Positions 47,269-60,823 of a DNA stretch of 64,000 nt are shown here, in pieces. This DNA comes from Haliotis cracherodii. Its lineage: Eukaryota. The stretch covers positions 28,272,001 through 28,336,000 of the forward strand of contig NW_027266270.1 in assembly GCF_022045235.1 (NCBI RefSeq), given 5' to 3'. The position numbers and the translations under genes are program-made. The stretch's first letter is position 1; each line of letters begins with the position of its first letter. The notes beneath the pieces are model-generated. The model had not been told where the DNA came from and did not search any database. It saw only the letters and a list, made by a program, of their open reading frames with translations.

Positions 47269-50200
47269 TTAAATAAGTAAATTAGGTTTAAGTATCTTTG
47301 TATTCCCATGACACGATGGCCCGACACATTGCGAGAGTTGGTCGAGATTTGTCTTGAGCTGGTTGACAAGGTCAGGGTCAGCAGTCTTGGCAATGTTCAT
47401 GAACTCGTAGGGGTCTCTCTCGAGATCGTACATCTCAACAAAGTTCTGAAATAATGCGTGAGTGAGTTAACATTATTCTAGTTGTATCAAACCCTTAAAG
47501 TGACACAGGTCTCAGACATTTACGCTGGTGAACCTAAAGTGCACGGGTATGATGCTGATAATTCATGGACCCTGCTCTTCGTAGAGATCTGTTATTTATA
47601 TATCTGTTTATTTTTATATGGATGAAACTGTTATACTTTGTAAACTTTTCATTTCATTTGTCACCACTCGCCCCTTTCCGTAACCTGCAATACGACTCTT
47701 CGCCCTTTGTCTTGTCCAAAAACAGTTAGAATTCGCGTATGACTAATACGTACTTTGGCCCAAGAATCTCTCCTCAATTTGTTTTCATAGGTACAGTTTG
47801 TGTCTAAAATAAAATAAAACGACAGTCTCACCGGTTTCACCATGCTGACTAAGAAATGATTGTGAGTTGTGTTTAACGCCGCTTTGAACAGTATTCCAGT
47901 TATATCACGGCGTGTTAGCTTGATGTAAGAGAAGAGCCCTGGGTGATACAGGTCTCAGACGTTTATCACTTTGGTGAAACCCACGAGCACTGTTATGGTG
48001 CTGATAACCTAGAAACATAATCTGGGCGAACCGGAATTCGAACCCACGATTATAGGTTTCTTGTGTGTTCGTGTGTGCGTGCTTGCGTGGCTGCGTGCGT
48101 GTATAAGTCTCCGAGAGTAGATATTCCAGTCAATACTCACGTCGTTGTCGGCGATCTCACAGTATTTGTAATGTTGATGGCCGTCGTTGTATCTGACGCA
48201 GGTAAAGGTGTTGTTCCAAGCGTCCTCGCACTGACAGTGGGCATAGGTGTGGCAATACTAAAACATACATGTCGCTATAAATAGTTTATTATAAATTACT
48301 TTTATGAATGAATGTTGTTTTACGCCTCAGAATATATATGTCTGAGGCCCTGATTATGTTTCTAGGTTTATATATTTGATATATATATTGCCGGCCTTTT
48401 TGTCGAAAGTCATTTTATTTATTTATTTATTTATTTTCTTCAATTGATATGAAGTGCTGATTTGTCGAAATAGTTTGGAAACAATAAACCATTACGTTTT
48501 CGTTTAATGTGATAAGGGCTTGAAGCAGTGTTTAAGACGGCGTTGACCCGAATTTACTCACCAACAACACTTGCTAAACTTTAATGCCAAGACAAAATGT
48601 TCAATAAACGAAAAAGAAATTGAATTTGACGCTTAAGACTGTTTATGTTGTTTGCAATGCTGCAATATTTCAGCTATAAAACGTCCGTCTGTAAATAATC
48701 GAGTCTGGACCAGACAGACCAGCAATTGATATTGCTGGCAACGATCCACCTATGCTTGGCGTAAGAGGCGACTATTAATCGGATCGTGTGGTCAGGGTCG
48801 CTGACTTGGTTCATTCATGCCATCGTATGCCAACTGCTCATTGTGTTAGCCACTGGATTGCTTGGCCCACTACATTATTTACAGAATATCGTCATATAGT
48901 TGGAATATTGCTGAGTGTGGTATTAAACAACAAAAAGACAAAGACGATGACACCAAGTCAACCAAGTCACCGTGCCTGACCACCATCCATTTGGTCGCCT
49001 CTTTCGAATGGCTTCATTTGCTTTTGGGCAATGCCACCCCAGAATAACTAAGCGTTTGACAACGTACGGCAATGCCTTGATTGTCGTACTGAGCACATCC
49101 CGGGTTTGTTTGAATGGATTCCCCGTGATACTCGGTGAGAAAATGGATCCTGAACGGCTCCTTGGCATTGTCGTGAAGCAGTGGCACGATGGACATGCCG
49201 TCGATGTAGTCGGGGATCGTCGCTCCGGCCAGGTCCATGAAGGTCGCAGCGAAGTCGATGTTTAACACATTGTCCTAGAAAGAGGAGCACGGCGTTTGAA
49301 TACCTCTCGTTATAAGAAGAGTGAATTCACTTGATCCACACACAAATATGACAAGCTTGTTTCGAGATAATTCATGAACAGGTTAGTATGTTCAATGACT
49401 GATTTGATGTGAGTGAGTTTGATTTTGACGCTGTTTTGAACGTCGCGTGACCAGGGCATTGACCAGTGGAAGACTTGTACCACTTTTGTCACACCACTAG
49501 CGTATGTATGTTGCTGACACAACAAACATCATAAATTCGAAAATAGGAATTGAATCTACGATCGACAGATCCTGGCATTAATAAGGGACACAACCGTGAT
49601 CCGCTAATCGCGAGGCTTTAATTGGTCACCTCCGCCTTTGATCTGACGTGTATATATAAGTGCAATAATCTTGAACGCGACGTTAAACCTCATTTCACCC
49701 CACCACACCCCTTGGCACTGACCTTGTTGAGTGAGCGGGGGCGTATCCCGGGACCTCGAACTAGCAGTGGCACTCGAACATCAAACTCATAAAGGTTTCG
49801 CTTGTCCATCGGCATTGAAAACTGACCTATAAATAAGTTTTAGCAACATGTGCACTTCAATTGATATGAGATCTTATACTCCGTTAGGTTCCTCTCTGGT
49901 TGCAGATCGACAAGAAATGGTCGCGTCAGGTGAGCTTTAAGCGTCAATCTAAACGCTTGGTTTCTTGAACCAGCAGATGTCAACTTTCTAAAACACTTCA
50001 GATTCATTATTTACCACTTCCATTCGTAATTTCGATATTAACAAAGGAAAACACACATACACATAGCACAAAATCACCATCGGCAATTCACCCTTTGGGG
50101 CTGTAGATGCCATATCGTACACGTGAAAGGGTGCATAAAATATCAACGTCAATAAACTAGGGTCGTCTTTTTCATTTTGCATTCGGAACCGCCCGCTTAT

Positions 50201-53200
50201 ATTCGTTTTCGAGATACAGAAACATGTTTTGTTGTTCTGAATGCTTCGTTCGCACATACTGAGCATTTAGAAGCCTCGACGCTTATTGGCTGATTACGAC
50301 GTTGACCTGACGTTGACCTCGTTTATGAAAACAGCTGTCTTATTGTTTGTAGTAAAAAGATCTGATTTGAATTAGCCTGGCAATATGCATATATTAATAT
50401 ACTTATTAAAAATCATTATTGGAACATGAATCACAGTGACAAAGAGAGTGTGTGAATGAATGAATGAATGAATGAATGTGTGACTGTGACTTTTGTTTTA
50501 AGCCGCAGTCACTGGTATTCTATGTATATAACGATTGTAAACAATATGGACAGTATGGAACAGACACACCAGAGGTGAACGATCTCGCCCTAAGCCAGGT
50601 TGTACGATGTTACCATAGCCCCGACATATATTGTGACAAGAAATGAAACCTTTATAAGTCTGTATTTTTTAACATTGGCCTCTATATTGAATAATTGTTT
50701 TGTCTTGTCGATATATATTGTTCTCGTCGCGATATTGTTGGAATACTGCCAAAGTGATGTCACATGTTAAATCACTAATTGTGGTCCTATTCAAAAATAG
50801 GACCACAATAACCTTTGCTTGACGTACGAGGCAACCAAATGGATCGGGTGGTGAGGCTCACAGATTGCTTGTCATCGTACCCGGAAACCGTGAAACGTTG
50901 CTTATAATATCAACCACTTGTTTGTATGGTTTACTCTGTTATTTTCAGTCTTTATATAGCTTGAATATCGGCTCTAACAACAAACCAACGACAAAAAACT
51001 TGCCTATATGATATCCATTATCAGAGGAGAAGAATATGTACGTGTTGTCAAGGCTGAACTTCTTCAACAACGTGTTGACAACATCTTCCACCATATCGTC
51101 AACGGACATCAGAGTACGCCATCTTTAATCACGTGATTATTCATATCAGATGTACTCGTATTAAATGAGTTTTTTTCATCGAGTGACCTGAGTGAAGCCA
51201 CGAGTGGAAATGTCAACTTTTGAGTGAGTGAGTGAGTGAGTTGGGTTTAACGCCGCTTTGAACAGTATTCGAGTTATATCACAGCGTGTCAGCTTAATGT
51301 GAGAGGAAAGCCCGAAGTGATGCAGGTCTCAGACTTTAACCACTTTGGTGAAACCCATGAGCTCAGGTATGGTGCTGACAAACCCAGAAACATATTCCGG
51401 GAGAACTGGGATTCGAACCAAGGATAATGTTTCTGGCGTGCTCACTGGACGCAATTGTGTACAGCGAACTGCAGCGTCTTAGGCAACTGGGCCACCCGTA
51501 CGCCCGACAACTTTTGAGATCATGAAATGAAATAAATTCCACATGAAAAGACAAATGCATTTTCTTATGCGTACATGGTTTTACTATTAAAACCATAGTG
51601 ACATTGAGGCAGACAGGAAGTAGTTCCGGCATTAAGTGTTTTTTCACTCGAGTAAAATATCGATTTTATACTGTGAGATAGATACAGTCTTGTATCACTA
51701 AAAACCTAATAAAAACACCTAGTCCTGCCCCACGACTGCGAAATATATGTATTTTAAAAATCAATCTAAAAAGCATTCTATTCATCTCTTTTCAACAAAT
51801 CAGCATCTGGAGAACTGTATTATGCAATAACATGTACCAAAGACTATATATTAGTCTTAAGACATCCCTTGGGTGAAATGTTGCTTACTTGTGAATAAAC
51901 AGTGTGCCCCCCAGTGTTGCTGTTGCCGCTGTGTAACGTACCTGTTTCTATATATACCATCAATATACGTAGCAGTATCGTTAGGGATTGGCGTTATTGC
52001 TTGATCAATAAGCCAGTGCTTGTCCTGAAATAAAATCATTGTGTTACAATACATTAACATCACTGACACTTGATGATATAACGACATATTATATATGCAG
52101 TTATGTACAAATGTGTATTATATACAATTTATAGTAATATCGTGTCTTTTTGGAGAAACTAAATCTTTTAAGGATATACATTTTACGAAAGTAGAAACAT
52201 CTATTCCGCCTTTATACGCCAATTGCTCTTGACGAACTTCGTACTTCATAAAGAAGTTGAATTACTTGTATACAATTAGAGAGTCTGGTTAACGTCGCTT
52301 TGAGCACTAGTGTCAGCTTGATGTAGGAGCAAAGCCCGAAGTGATAAGTCCTTGGACCATTACCGCTTTGGTGAACCCCACGAGCACCGACATGTAGCTG
52401 ACATAGCTAGAAACATAATCGGGACGAATCTGGGATACGGACCCACGATCAGTCTTTGGTACGTACCTCTGCAAAGGCTTCAAACCGAGCTAATTTAGTC
52501 AGATCTTGCGACAACTGCATGAAATACTGTGTACCTATTCTTCGCCTAATCAATACCGAATGCTTCTTGCGACAAACGTTGTATCCTGGGGACTTATTAT
52601 TCCCCGAAACTACACGAGGTGGCTCTAACAAGCATGGTGTATTGGGGTCCTTTTCATCCCCGAAACTACATGGGGTGGCTCTAACAAGCATGGTGTATTG
52701 GGGTCCTTTTCATCCCCGAAACTACACTGGGTGGCTCTTACGCAAAACATGTGGTTTTGGGGTCCTTTTCAACCCCGAAACTACACGGGGTGGCTCTAAC
52801 AAGCATGGGGTATTGGGGTCTTTTTCATCCCCTTAACAACACGGGTGGCTCTATCAAGCATGGGCTATTGGGGTCCTTTTTATCCCTGAAGCTACACGGG
52901 GTGGCTCTAACAAGCATGGGGTATTGGGGTCCTTTTCATCTCTGAAACAACACAGGTGGCTCTAACAAGCATGGGGCACTGGGGTCCTTTTCATCCCCTA
53001 AACTATACGGGTTGGCTCTTACGCAAAACATGTGGTATTGGGGTCCTTTTCAACCCCGAAACTACACGGGGTGGCTCTAACAAGCATGGGTATTGGGGTC
53101 CTTTTCATCCCCGAAACTACTCGGGGTGGCTCTAACAAGCATGGGGTATTGGGGTCCTTTTTTATCCCCGAAACTACACGGGTGGCTCTAACAAGCATGG

Positions 53201-54788
53201 GGTATTGGGGTCCTTTTCATCCCCTAAACTATACGGGTTGGCTCTTACGCAAAACATGTAGTATTGGGGTCCTTTTCAACCCCGAAACTACACGGGGTGG
53301 CTCTAACAAGCATGGGTTTTGGGGTCCCTTTTCATCCCCGAAACTACACGGGGTGGCTCTAACAAGCATGGGGTATTGGGGTCCTTTTTATCCCCGAAAC
53401 TATACGGGGTGGCTCTAACAAGCATGGGGTATTGGGGTCCTTTTCATATCTGAAACTACACGGGGTGGCTCTAACAAGCATGGGGCATTGGGGTCCTTTT
53501 CATCCCCTAAACTATACGGGTTGGCTCTTACGCAAAACATGTGGTATTGGGGTCCTTTTCAACCCCGAAACTACACGGGGTGGCTCTAACAAACATGGGT
53601 ATTGGGGTCCTTTTCATCCCCGAAACTACACGGGGTGGCTCTAACAAGCATGGGGTATTGGGGTCCTTTTCATCCCTGAAACTACACGGGGTGGCTCTTA
53701 CGCAAAACATGTGGTTTTGGGGTCCTTTTCATCCCCGGCACTACAGGGATGGCACTGACAAGCATGGGGTACTGCGGATGTATTCTTCACCTAATCCCTA
53801 CAGAATGGTTTCTTCCGACAAACATTGTATTTAGGGCGCCTATTCCTTCCCGGAAACCCCACGGCATGTCTTTTACGAAGAACATGGGGTACTGGACACT
53901 TATTCACCCTGAATCCCTTCGAGTTAATTCGTATTTGAATTAAGTATGCGTTGACACACATGTGGAACCTGACCTTGCCGTGAGTGTTGTAAGACCCTGT
54001 TCTCTGTGCCACAACGTCCGAGAAGAGATCCTTGTATTGGGGTGCAGACGTCCAGGGCTCGTGGCATGCCGGGGTGGACAGCATCATAAAGAAGGGTTTG
54101 TCGTCATTCTGGTTGCCTAGAAACTCCATGCCGCGCCTATGCTTAATGTGGGAAATAAGAAAAAGATTGCCCGAACCTGCGAATTGTTCTGTTGCATATA
54201 TACTGTGCAATATAAACAAACAAAATTTCCAAAGTTCATTTCTTAAAGTCAGCATCTCTTTACACGCAAGTAAATAATCTTACATCATAAGCTGCTGTAT
54301 GTATGACTCTCTTTGTATATATAAAAAGGCAAAGCCAGATCATAATCATTCTCGATTATCCGTTGAAACAGATTCCAAGGGCGTAAAAGGCGAAAGAGTA
54401 ATGAAAATTATATGAATGGATCACCGAAACTATATGGTCTCTGCTGAAACTCAGTCATTGTTTCATTAAGTAGGAACTGAATTGCTTCTTGCATATGAAA
54501 CCAGACTAAATCTGCGCACCCTGACATAAATATATCAGAAAGCTTCCACAGTAAGTCCATACAGGTTACTTAAGGTCGTCAAGCATTTGGTATTGCTTGA
54601 TGACCTTCTTTACTTGAAATCTAATACGACAGTTAATAACGATAGTTACGATCACATCCGTCAGATAGTCCTCAGTGTAATTTGAACCATGAGTCTCCCT
54701 AGTTCCGTTGATTGACAGGTTGTAGTTGTAATAGACAGAGTTGCCAACCTGAAATGATAATAATAGTAACAACAACAACAACAACAAC

Positions 54789-54820
<32 letters not shown>

Positions 54821-57800
54821 CCCTCAAATACTTATGCTGTACCCGTTCTTCCATATTCTTTTGGTGTTGTTGATTGGACGAAACAACACTCACTAGGACC
54901 AATGTATACAAACATACGTACTCATCAGGCACACGGTAAATATACCTATATACTCACCAGGCCGACCCACGAGTCCCATCCTGGGGGTACATGCTGCACT
55001 CCACCCGTATTATCCTCACCATACTGCAATGTCGACGTCTTATCATCATAAAAACAGGCAACATTACTGTCGGTACTGAATTTAGTCAGTTCATAGTTGA
55101 TAGTGTTCCAGACAAACCAGGTCATAAATGAAGTAAAGTGAAAAATTAAAAAATAAAACAAACGGTTCGTAATATCATTATGATATATGCATCCTTACAT
55201 CATTGAGGTATTTTCCAGCGAAGAAAGTGGAATAACCTTGCTGCTTCATGAAGACAGGGAATGCGTTGATTTCCTGTGTTCTTTGAAAGTCGGGGCTGCT
55301 GCAGTTTCCCTCTACGCTGTTGTTTATTGCCAAGTGATTATGCAAATACTTCCCTGTGAAAATACTTGATCTGCTGGGACAGCACACCGGTGTTCCCACA
55401 AACTGTTAGTGATAGAAATACGATTATCTGAAATTCGAGTTTATGAAAGATAACAGGTATATTGCAATACCGCAAAGGACATAATCTGGAAAAATTACCG
55501 GATTAAATGGTCATATGTAAGTAATGTTTGTATGACCCACAGCGGGGAATATTTTCTATTTACCTTTGAGGTATAAGAATCCTGGTAACTCGAATTATCA
55601 TTTTACTGTTGGGGTGTTTTCGTGGGCTTGATCAGACTTATGGTCATAGCCAGAAACGTGGGTTAAGGTTTTCGCGTTGCGTCCTATGGCATGAAAAGAC
55701 AAAATCACGCTCGCGACCCGGCTGACATTCCAAACGATATGGCTTCGAAGATACTTGATCTTGTGCCGCAAACACTTTCCGAAAAAGAATTTGGTGTAAA
55801 ATAAACTTGGTAAGACAAGCAGTGGAATAAAGAACAGATTGAGGCGGTGCTCCCGAAAAATAATCGTACAGCGAATGGTTCGAAATTCAGATAATCAATA
55901 TTATCTACCAATGCTAGATAATGAGTACTCTCAGAATCTCTTTCCGCCATGTTATTTTGAATTTAGTGCTACGGTAAGGATGAAAGTCGTTTCCGCGCCA
56001 CGGTCAAGGTCGCGGCTACAAAAATTCCGCCCGGAGACCGAAGTCCTTGACAGACCACCTTTGGTCAAGTCGCGAAAACATACCACCAGATATATCACCA
56101 AATCCGTCCTTACTGATATTTACATGCATGGTTAGACCACAAACCGGACCGGCCGAGAGTGACTGTTAACCTGTCAATGACTTCTCTGATTTGACAACAC
56201 CCCTTACAGATATAAGTGTCATTCTACCATTGATCGAGAATGGATTTTTCAGAGGTTTTAAATTACAATACCATGCCTCCGATTACAGCAGCCGATTTGA
56301 GGGTGGCTCAACGCGTAATTTAAGTGACAAGCTTTAATAACGCTTCTTGGCCAAATTCCTGTGTTTTGATTTATTTTGTCAGTTCTGATTCACATGAATA
56401 AAGAAACAAATAAGCAAGAAGGGGAGAATAATTGGTGCCCCTAGGGATGCTTACTTCTTGTCTAAATGTAATTTCCCCAAATCTCAATGGATGAAGGAAT
56501 TCACCCTTAAGTTTGTCGTGTGGGATAGTGGTGTGTAGGGTGGAAAAATCAACTTTTCGGAAAGAATTTAATTTGATTCTTTCCAGAAACTGCCCAAAAT
56601 CTATTTGTTCATATGTAAGCATTTCTTTCTTAGCCATGATCGGTACTGTAGGCCGTTTCAAAAATGAAATGTGCCTCCTTGTGGATACCGGCATATCCAG
56701 AGGAGGCGCGAAAGAAAACAGTGAACATTAGCATGTAGGACGTGGTAGCATAAGAGCCTTTTTGGGCCCACTGGACATTTTAGGACACGTTCATATTATT
56801 TCATGTAAAAATGAAAGACGCACACAGCATCGCCACAAACCAGCTCATAGTTAGAATTGCTCTTAAAATTGGTCTTCTGTGGTCATTTTCGCTATATTCC
56901 TGTTCGTAATCATGTCATGATCATAAGTCGAAATCTGACTAGAATTACAAAAGGCTAGTTGTGAACCATGAGAGCATGTCAAGTAACTGCCATTACAAAA
57001 TCTTCCTTAATGCATAATTTCAGTAGGCCAATAAAGGTAAAATAAAGCAAGGGAACATTATTCAGGAAGTAAATATAGAGAGGACATACTAATTTCAAAT
57101 CGGCAATTTACTCAACATTTTAAACCCAATCCAATCCACTCTCATAGTATTCGCTTTTACATAAAACGTTTACTGTTACTTTTGCCATGTCTTTTCTTAT
57201 TAAAGAGCTACTAACCTCTCGCAATTGAATATCTCATTCGGCTCGATGATATATTCTACAATGAAAAGTCACAGTATATCGGCTTACCATGTTTTCGAAT
57301 GTCATTCCTTTATTTGCTATGAGCCTCTTCGTTTTCACCATGGGCGTCTGAAACCAATGAGTTATCGTTGTTTTACGCTTTATATCGACATATCCCCGCC
57401 ATGTCACGGGGGGGGGGGGGGGGGGGGGGGGGACATCACGAATGGCCTTCACACGGTGTAGTCTCGAACCCGGGTGTTTGTCGTGAACACTTATCTACCT
57501 CCCTCACGTGTCTGTAATAAAGGTTACAGAAGACACGCATCGAGTGAGTGAGTGAGTCAATGGTGTTTAAAGCCACATTCAGCAATATTCCAGCTATATC
57601 AGGACAGCCTGTGAATAATAGCGTTTGGGCCAGACAAAAACAGTGGTTGATATCATCAGCAATGACTCATGTTGTCAGTGATGAACGATAAGCAAACAAC
57701 AAGTAATCGAGTCTGGCCACCCGATCCATTGTAGATTCTCAATTCATTATATCTGGAAACTGGCCTCTACGAAATATGGTAGCATGAATCTTAAAACAAT

Positions 57801-59068
57801 ACTCGAAACTTATTTTAATGGAGCAAAATATTTGAAAATTCAGGAAAACTAAAGCTTCAGTAATTAATAATACTATAGAAAATTATAATTAGCTCTAACA
57901 GATAAAAGTTGGCTATGTAGCAGTCTAATAACTCCCCCCCCCCCCCCCACACACACCTCCTCNNNNNNNNNNNNNNNNNNNNNNNNNNNNNNNNNNNNNN
58001 NNNNNNNNNNNNNNNNNNNNNNNNNNNNNNNNNNNNNNNNNNNNNNNNNNNNNNNNNNNNNNNNNNNNNNNNNNNNNNNNNNNNNNNNNNNNNNNNNNNN
58101 NNNNNNNNNNNAATCGTAAGAATTGAAGAAAATATGGGGTCAACGAAGAAATTCGATGTACCGACTTGCGACCTTTGGGTGTAACAGATACTTAGTGCTG
58201 TGTTCGCCCTGGTTATGTTTTTAATTTTCTAAGCAACATAGCGTTCTTGAGGGTTTCACCAAAGTGATAGACTTGAATCCTTTCGGGCTTTCCTCGCACG
58301 TCGATATAATTGAAATACTGAGAAACCAAATTCTACCACGACTTCAGTAATTACTTGATTCTGATTGGTCAGTTATAGTCCGTCAGAGGTATATCCGGGC
58401 GATGTCACTTGAGATTGGAATTCGAGGACTCATCATGTATTGACACCTATGCTATGAAAGACTTCCAACTAAATTGTTTATAAAATTGTCATGGCAAAAT
58501 GGAGATAAATCTACTGTGTTTTGAAATTAGAGGTATAAATATAGAGGTTAAACTAGCTCTAAATATTAAATTAGAGCCAGTATCAATCCATTATGCTGCC
58601 TCTAATCTAAAACACAGTAGGTTCGTCTTCTAACTCACTCACTCATATCAACAAAACACAGAATGTTGATATTATGGGCTGCTTCATCATCATAAACATG
58701 TCTATATATTTCCCGTATAATGATTCCTTATCTGTTCCCTTATTTCTTGCTGTCAGTATACATTAGTGTGAAGTAAGTATAACCCAGTCCTTTGTACAAC
58801 CAAGAACGGTAAACATCAAACCAAAACCTACCATTCCACCGAACTTAGAATCTTGGTCATCTATCAGTATAAATTAGTGTGAAGTAAGTATGACCTAGTC
58901 TTTCGTACAACCAAGAACGGTAAACATCAAACAAAAACCTACCATTCCACCGATCTCAGAATCTTGGTCATCTGTCAGTATGAAGACAATATTCGGAGGT
59001 TTTCCCGTAACGGTATTTGACACGTACAAAATGGCCAATACGCCATATATGAATTTGACGTCCACCAT
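47269..59068 (-). CDS. GNS: N-acetylglucosamine-6-sulfatase-like sulfatase (509 aa, 12 coding exons)
   Basis: Exons 59068-58943, 57347-57288, 55402-55199, 55023-54958, 54748-54650, 54141-53974, 52024-51942, 51122-51004, 49826-49723, 49274-49068, 48257-48141, 47445-47269; phases compatible, 1530 nt. Signal peptide then [12 protein letters not shown], formylglycine motif [82 protein letters not shown]. Confidence 0.95.
51225..51507 (-). mobile_element. SINE family B, full length
   Basis: 11-bp TSD CAACTTTTGAG (51214-51224, 51508-51518); (ACTC)n tail. Confidence 0.85.
52585..53775. repeat. ~56-bp minisatellite, ~21 copies, in GNS intron 6
   Basis: Unit GGGGTCCTTTTCATCCCCGAAACTACACGGGGTGGCTCTAACAAGCATGGGGTATT. 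Confidence 0.95.
54755..54820. repeat. (AAC)n(AAT)n microsatellite abutting the GNS exon 5 acceptor
   Basis: Direct reading. Confidence 0.95.
56371..56800 (-). mobile_element. Decayed reverse transcriptase fragment, Penelope-like
   Basis: Minus-strand translation contains [15 protein letters not shown] and [26 protein letters not shown], resembling the Penelope RT motifs DFxxLYTxIPH and QxxGIPMGxxxSPxLA. Heavily deleted. Confidence 0.65.
57963..58110. other. Assembly gap (148 N) in GNS intron 1
   Basis: Run of N. Confidence 1.
58750..58981. repeat. 111-bp tandem duplication spanning the GNS exon 1 splice donor
   Basis: Units 58750-58860 and 58861-58971, bounded by CT(G/A)TCAGTAT. Confidence 0.9.
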
Positions 59069-59935
59069 GGTTCGTTGTTTAACCTACAACCAGCGTGTCC
59101 CACTTCTCAGCCCGATAAAGTACTCTTGTCATATCTCTGACACGTTTATTTAACCCACGTTGTCTTGGGCAGCTTATCTAGGACAAAGATAAAAAAGATT
59201 ACTCTGCACACATGACAAAAATACATGACATTAAACAGAATCCAAAACGATAGCATGCAGAAATGTGAAGACTATACTTATTAAAAGCAAGAGTCAATTC
59301 TTCGATTCGAGTAGCATGCGTTTATCAACACTATCAAGTATTGATGATACCAGATGAGCGCAACCTGCCCCACCGGTGGAACCCGTCACACACACACATG
59401 CAAGGGCAAGTAAATTGTTCATCTACAAAGACACGGGAACATATGGTACACGTCAAAACTGGGAAATGCATCGAGCATCACTTTTATCACGGATGCGTCA
59501 AATCTTGAAATGTCCTCCAAATATCTACTATTATACTTTTGAAAGCCTGACTCAAAGTAGTGTAAATCCGAGATACGAAGCCGGGATTCCGCATAGTCAT
59601 GTAGAAATTGTGCTATTTAAAGATTCCCTTGACACCGCCTGTATCAGTGTCACCTTATCGATAATGGTTTAAGTCAAAGACATGACGTGTTTATCATATG
59701 GCGTTTCCGTGATGACTTGATGTCCTTGGTGGTTTATTTTTCAGTTGCAGAACAAGAGGACATTCTTAAAAGAGGTTCGTTGTGAAGTGTGATAATAAGA
59801 TTCAATCACTGCATAGGAAACGAATCTTGCTGCTTGAATTACTCACTTTATATAAAATGGTTTTACCGCTCTTCGTTCAACCGAAGTTAGTTACTTGCTT
59901 TTGGTTGGTTTATGTGTTGTTAAAGGAAGTCAATT

Positions 59936-60480
59936 TACGTGGGCTGGTCAAAGAGTTCTAAGCCGGACTAGTTTTCAACTATGGGCCATAACAAAGTGAA
60001 CTAGTCAATCTAGTACTACTTTGATTAGTTCATTGCAAGTGTATTTGGTCTGTTGAGGCTGTTTGTACATTAGTGATACCCTGTTGAACGTGATATTGGT
60101 CCAAATGGACACATAAATGGAAAGGATCGAGTACCGAGCAGTCATCAAGTTTTTTACTTCAGAGAAAAGTACTCCCCAAGAAATCATGACCGCATGTCAC
60201 AAGTGTATTTGGATAAGTACCCTAGCTATTCCACTGTTAAACGTTGGGCAGCTCTTTAAGGCTCAGAGAACAAGCCTTGATAATGACCCTAGGTCTGGAC
60301 CTCTCGACTGTGCGACAATGTTGGCTCGAAAAGCTTCCTCACCCTCTACACTAGCCAGTCTTGGCACCAAGTGATTTCCACCTGTTTCCTAAACTGAAAG
60401 AACACCTTCGTGGAAAAGGCCATGACGGCAACGATGACCTCAAAGCTGCCGTGAATGGGTTTTTCAGTCGTTTCTGAGTT
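59936..60480 (+). mobile_element. Internally deleted mariner transposon remnant
   Basis: MERIEYRAVIKFF N-terminus, DPRSG HTH linker, and (frameshifted) LAPSDFHLFPKLKEHLRGK mariner catalytic-end motif. TA-CGTGGGCTGGTCAAAGAGTTC is a plausible 5' TIR. Confidence 0.8.
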
Positions 60481-60823
60481 AGATGCCTTAGTCGTGCAAG
60501 AAACTCAGCACTATACACGTACTCGCCTAGGTTGTAACGCCGGTTTAAACAGTATTTCAGTTTGTTCTGGGAGGACAGGGGCGTAGCTAGGGGCAATTGA
60601 AATGTAAGCAATCATATTGCAGTACTTAGTTGCGGACGCTCTACTACTAGACCACGGAGGCGGTCTACGGGACAAGGAACATGTTTAATTTGGTGTTCAG
60701 GATCTAAATACATTTTTACAGAAAAGACTTGTAATAAAAAGAGTAATACCAGTTTGTTCGTCCTTTATTCATTCACAAAATGTTCATTACACTATAGATA
60801 TACCTCGATAGATCCCACACAAT

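Noticed and set aside
52449-53834. Repetitive ORFs and CRISPR-like periodicity in the 56-bp array
   Set aside because: Units are contiguous with no unique spacers, there are no cas genes, the context is a eukaryotic intron, and frames shift between units.
54566-54932. Poly-Leu / poly-Ile / poly-Val ORFs resembling signal peptides
   Set aside because: Translation of the (AAC)n(AAT)n microsatellite. Only 54748-54650 is a real exon.
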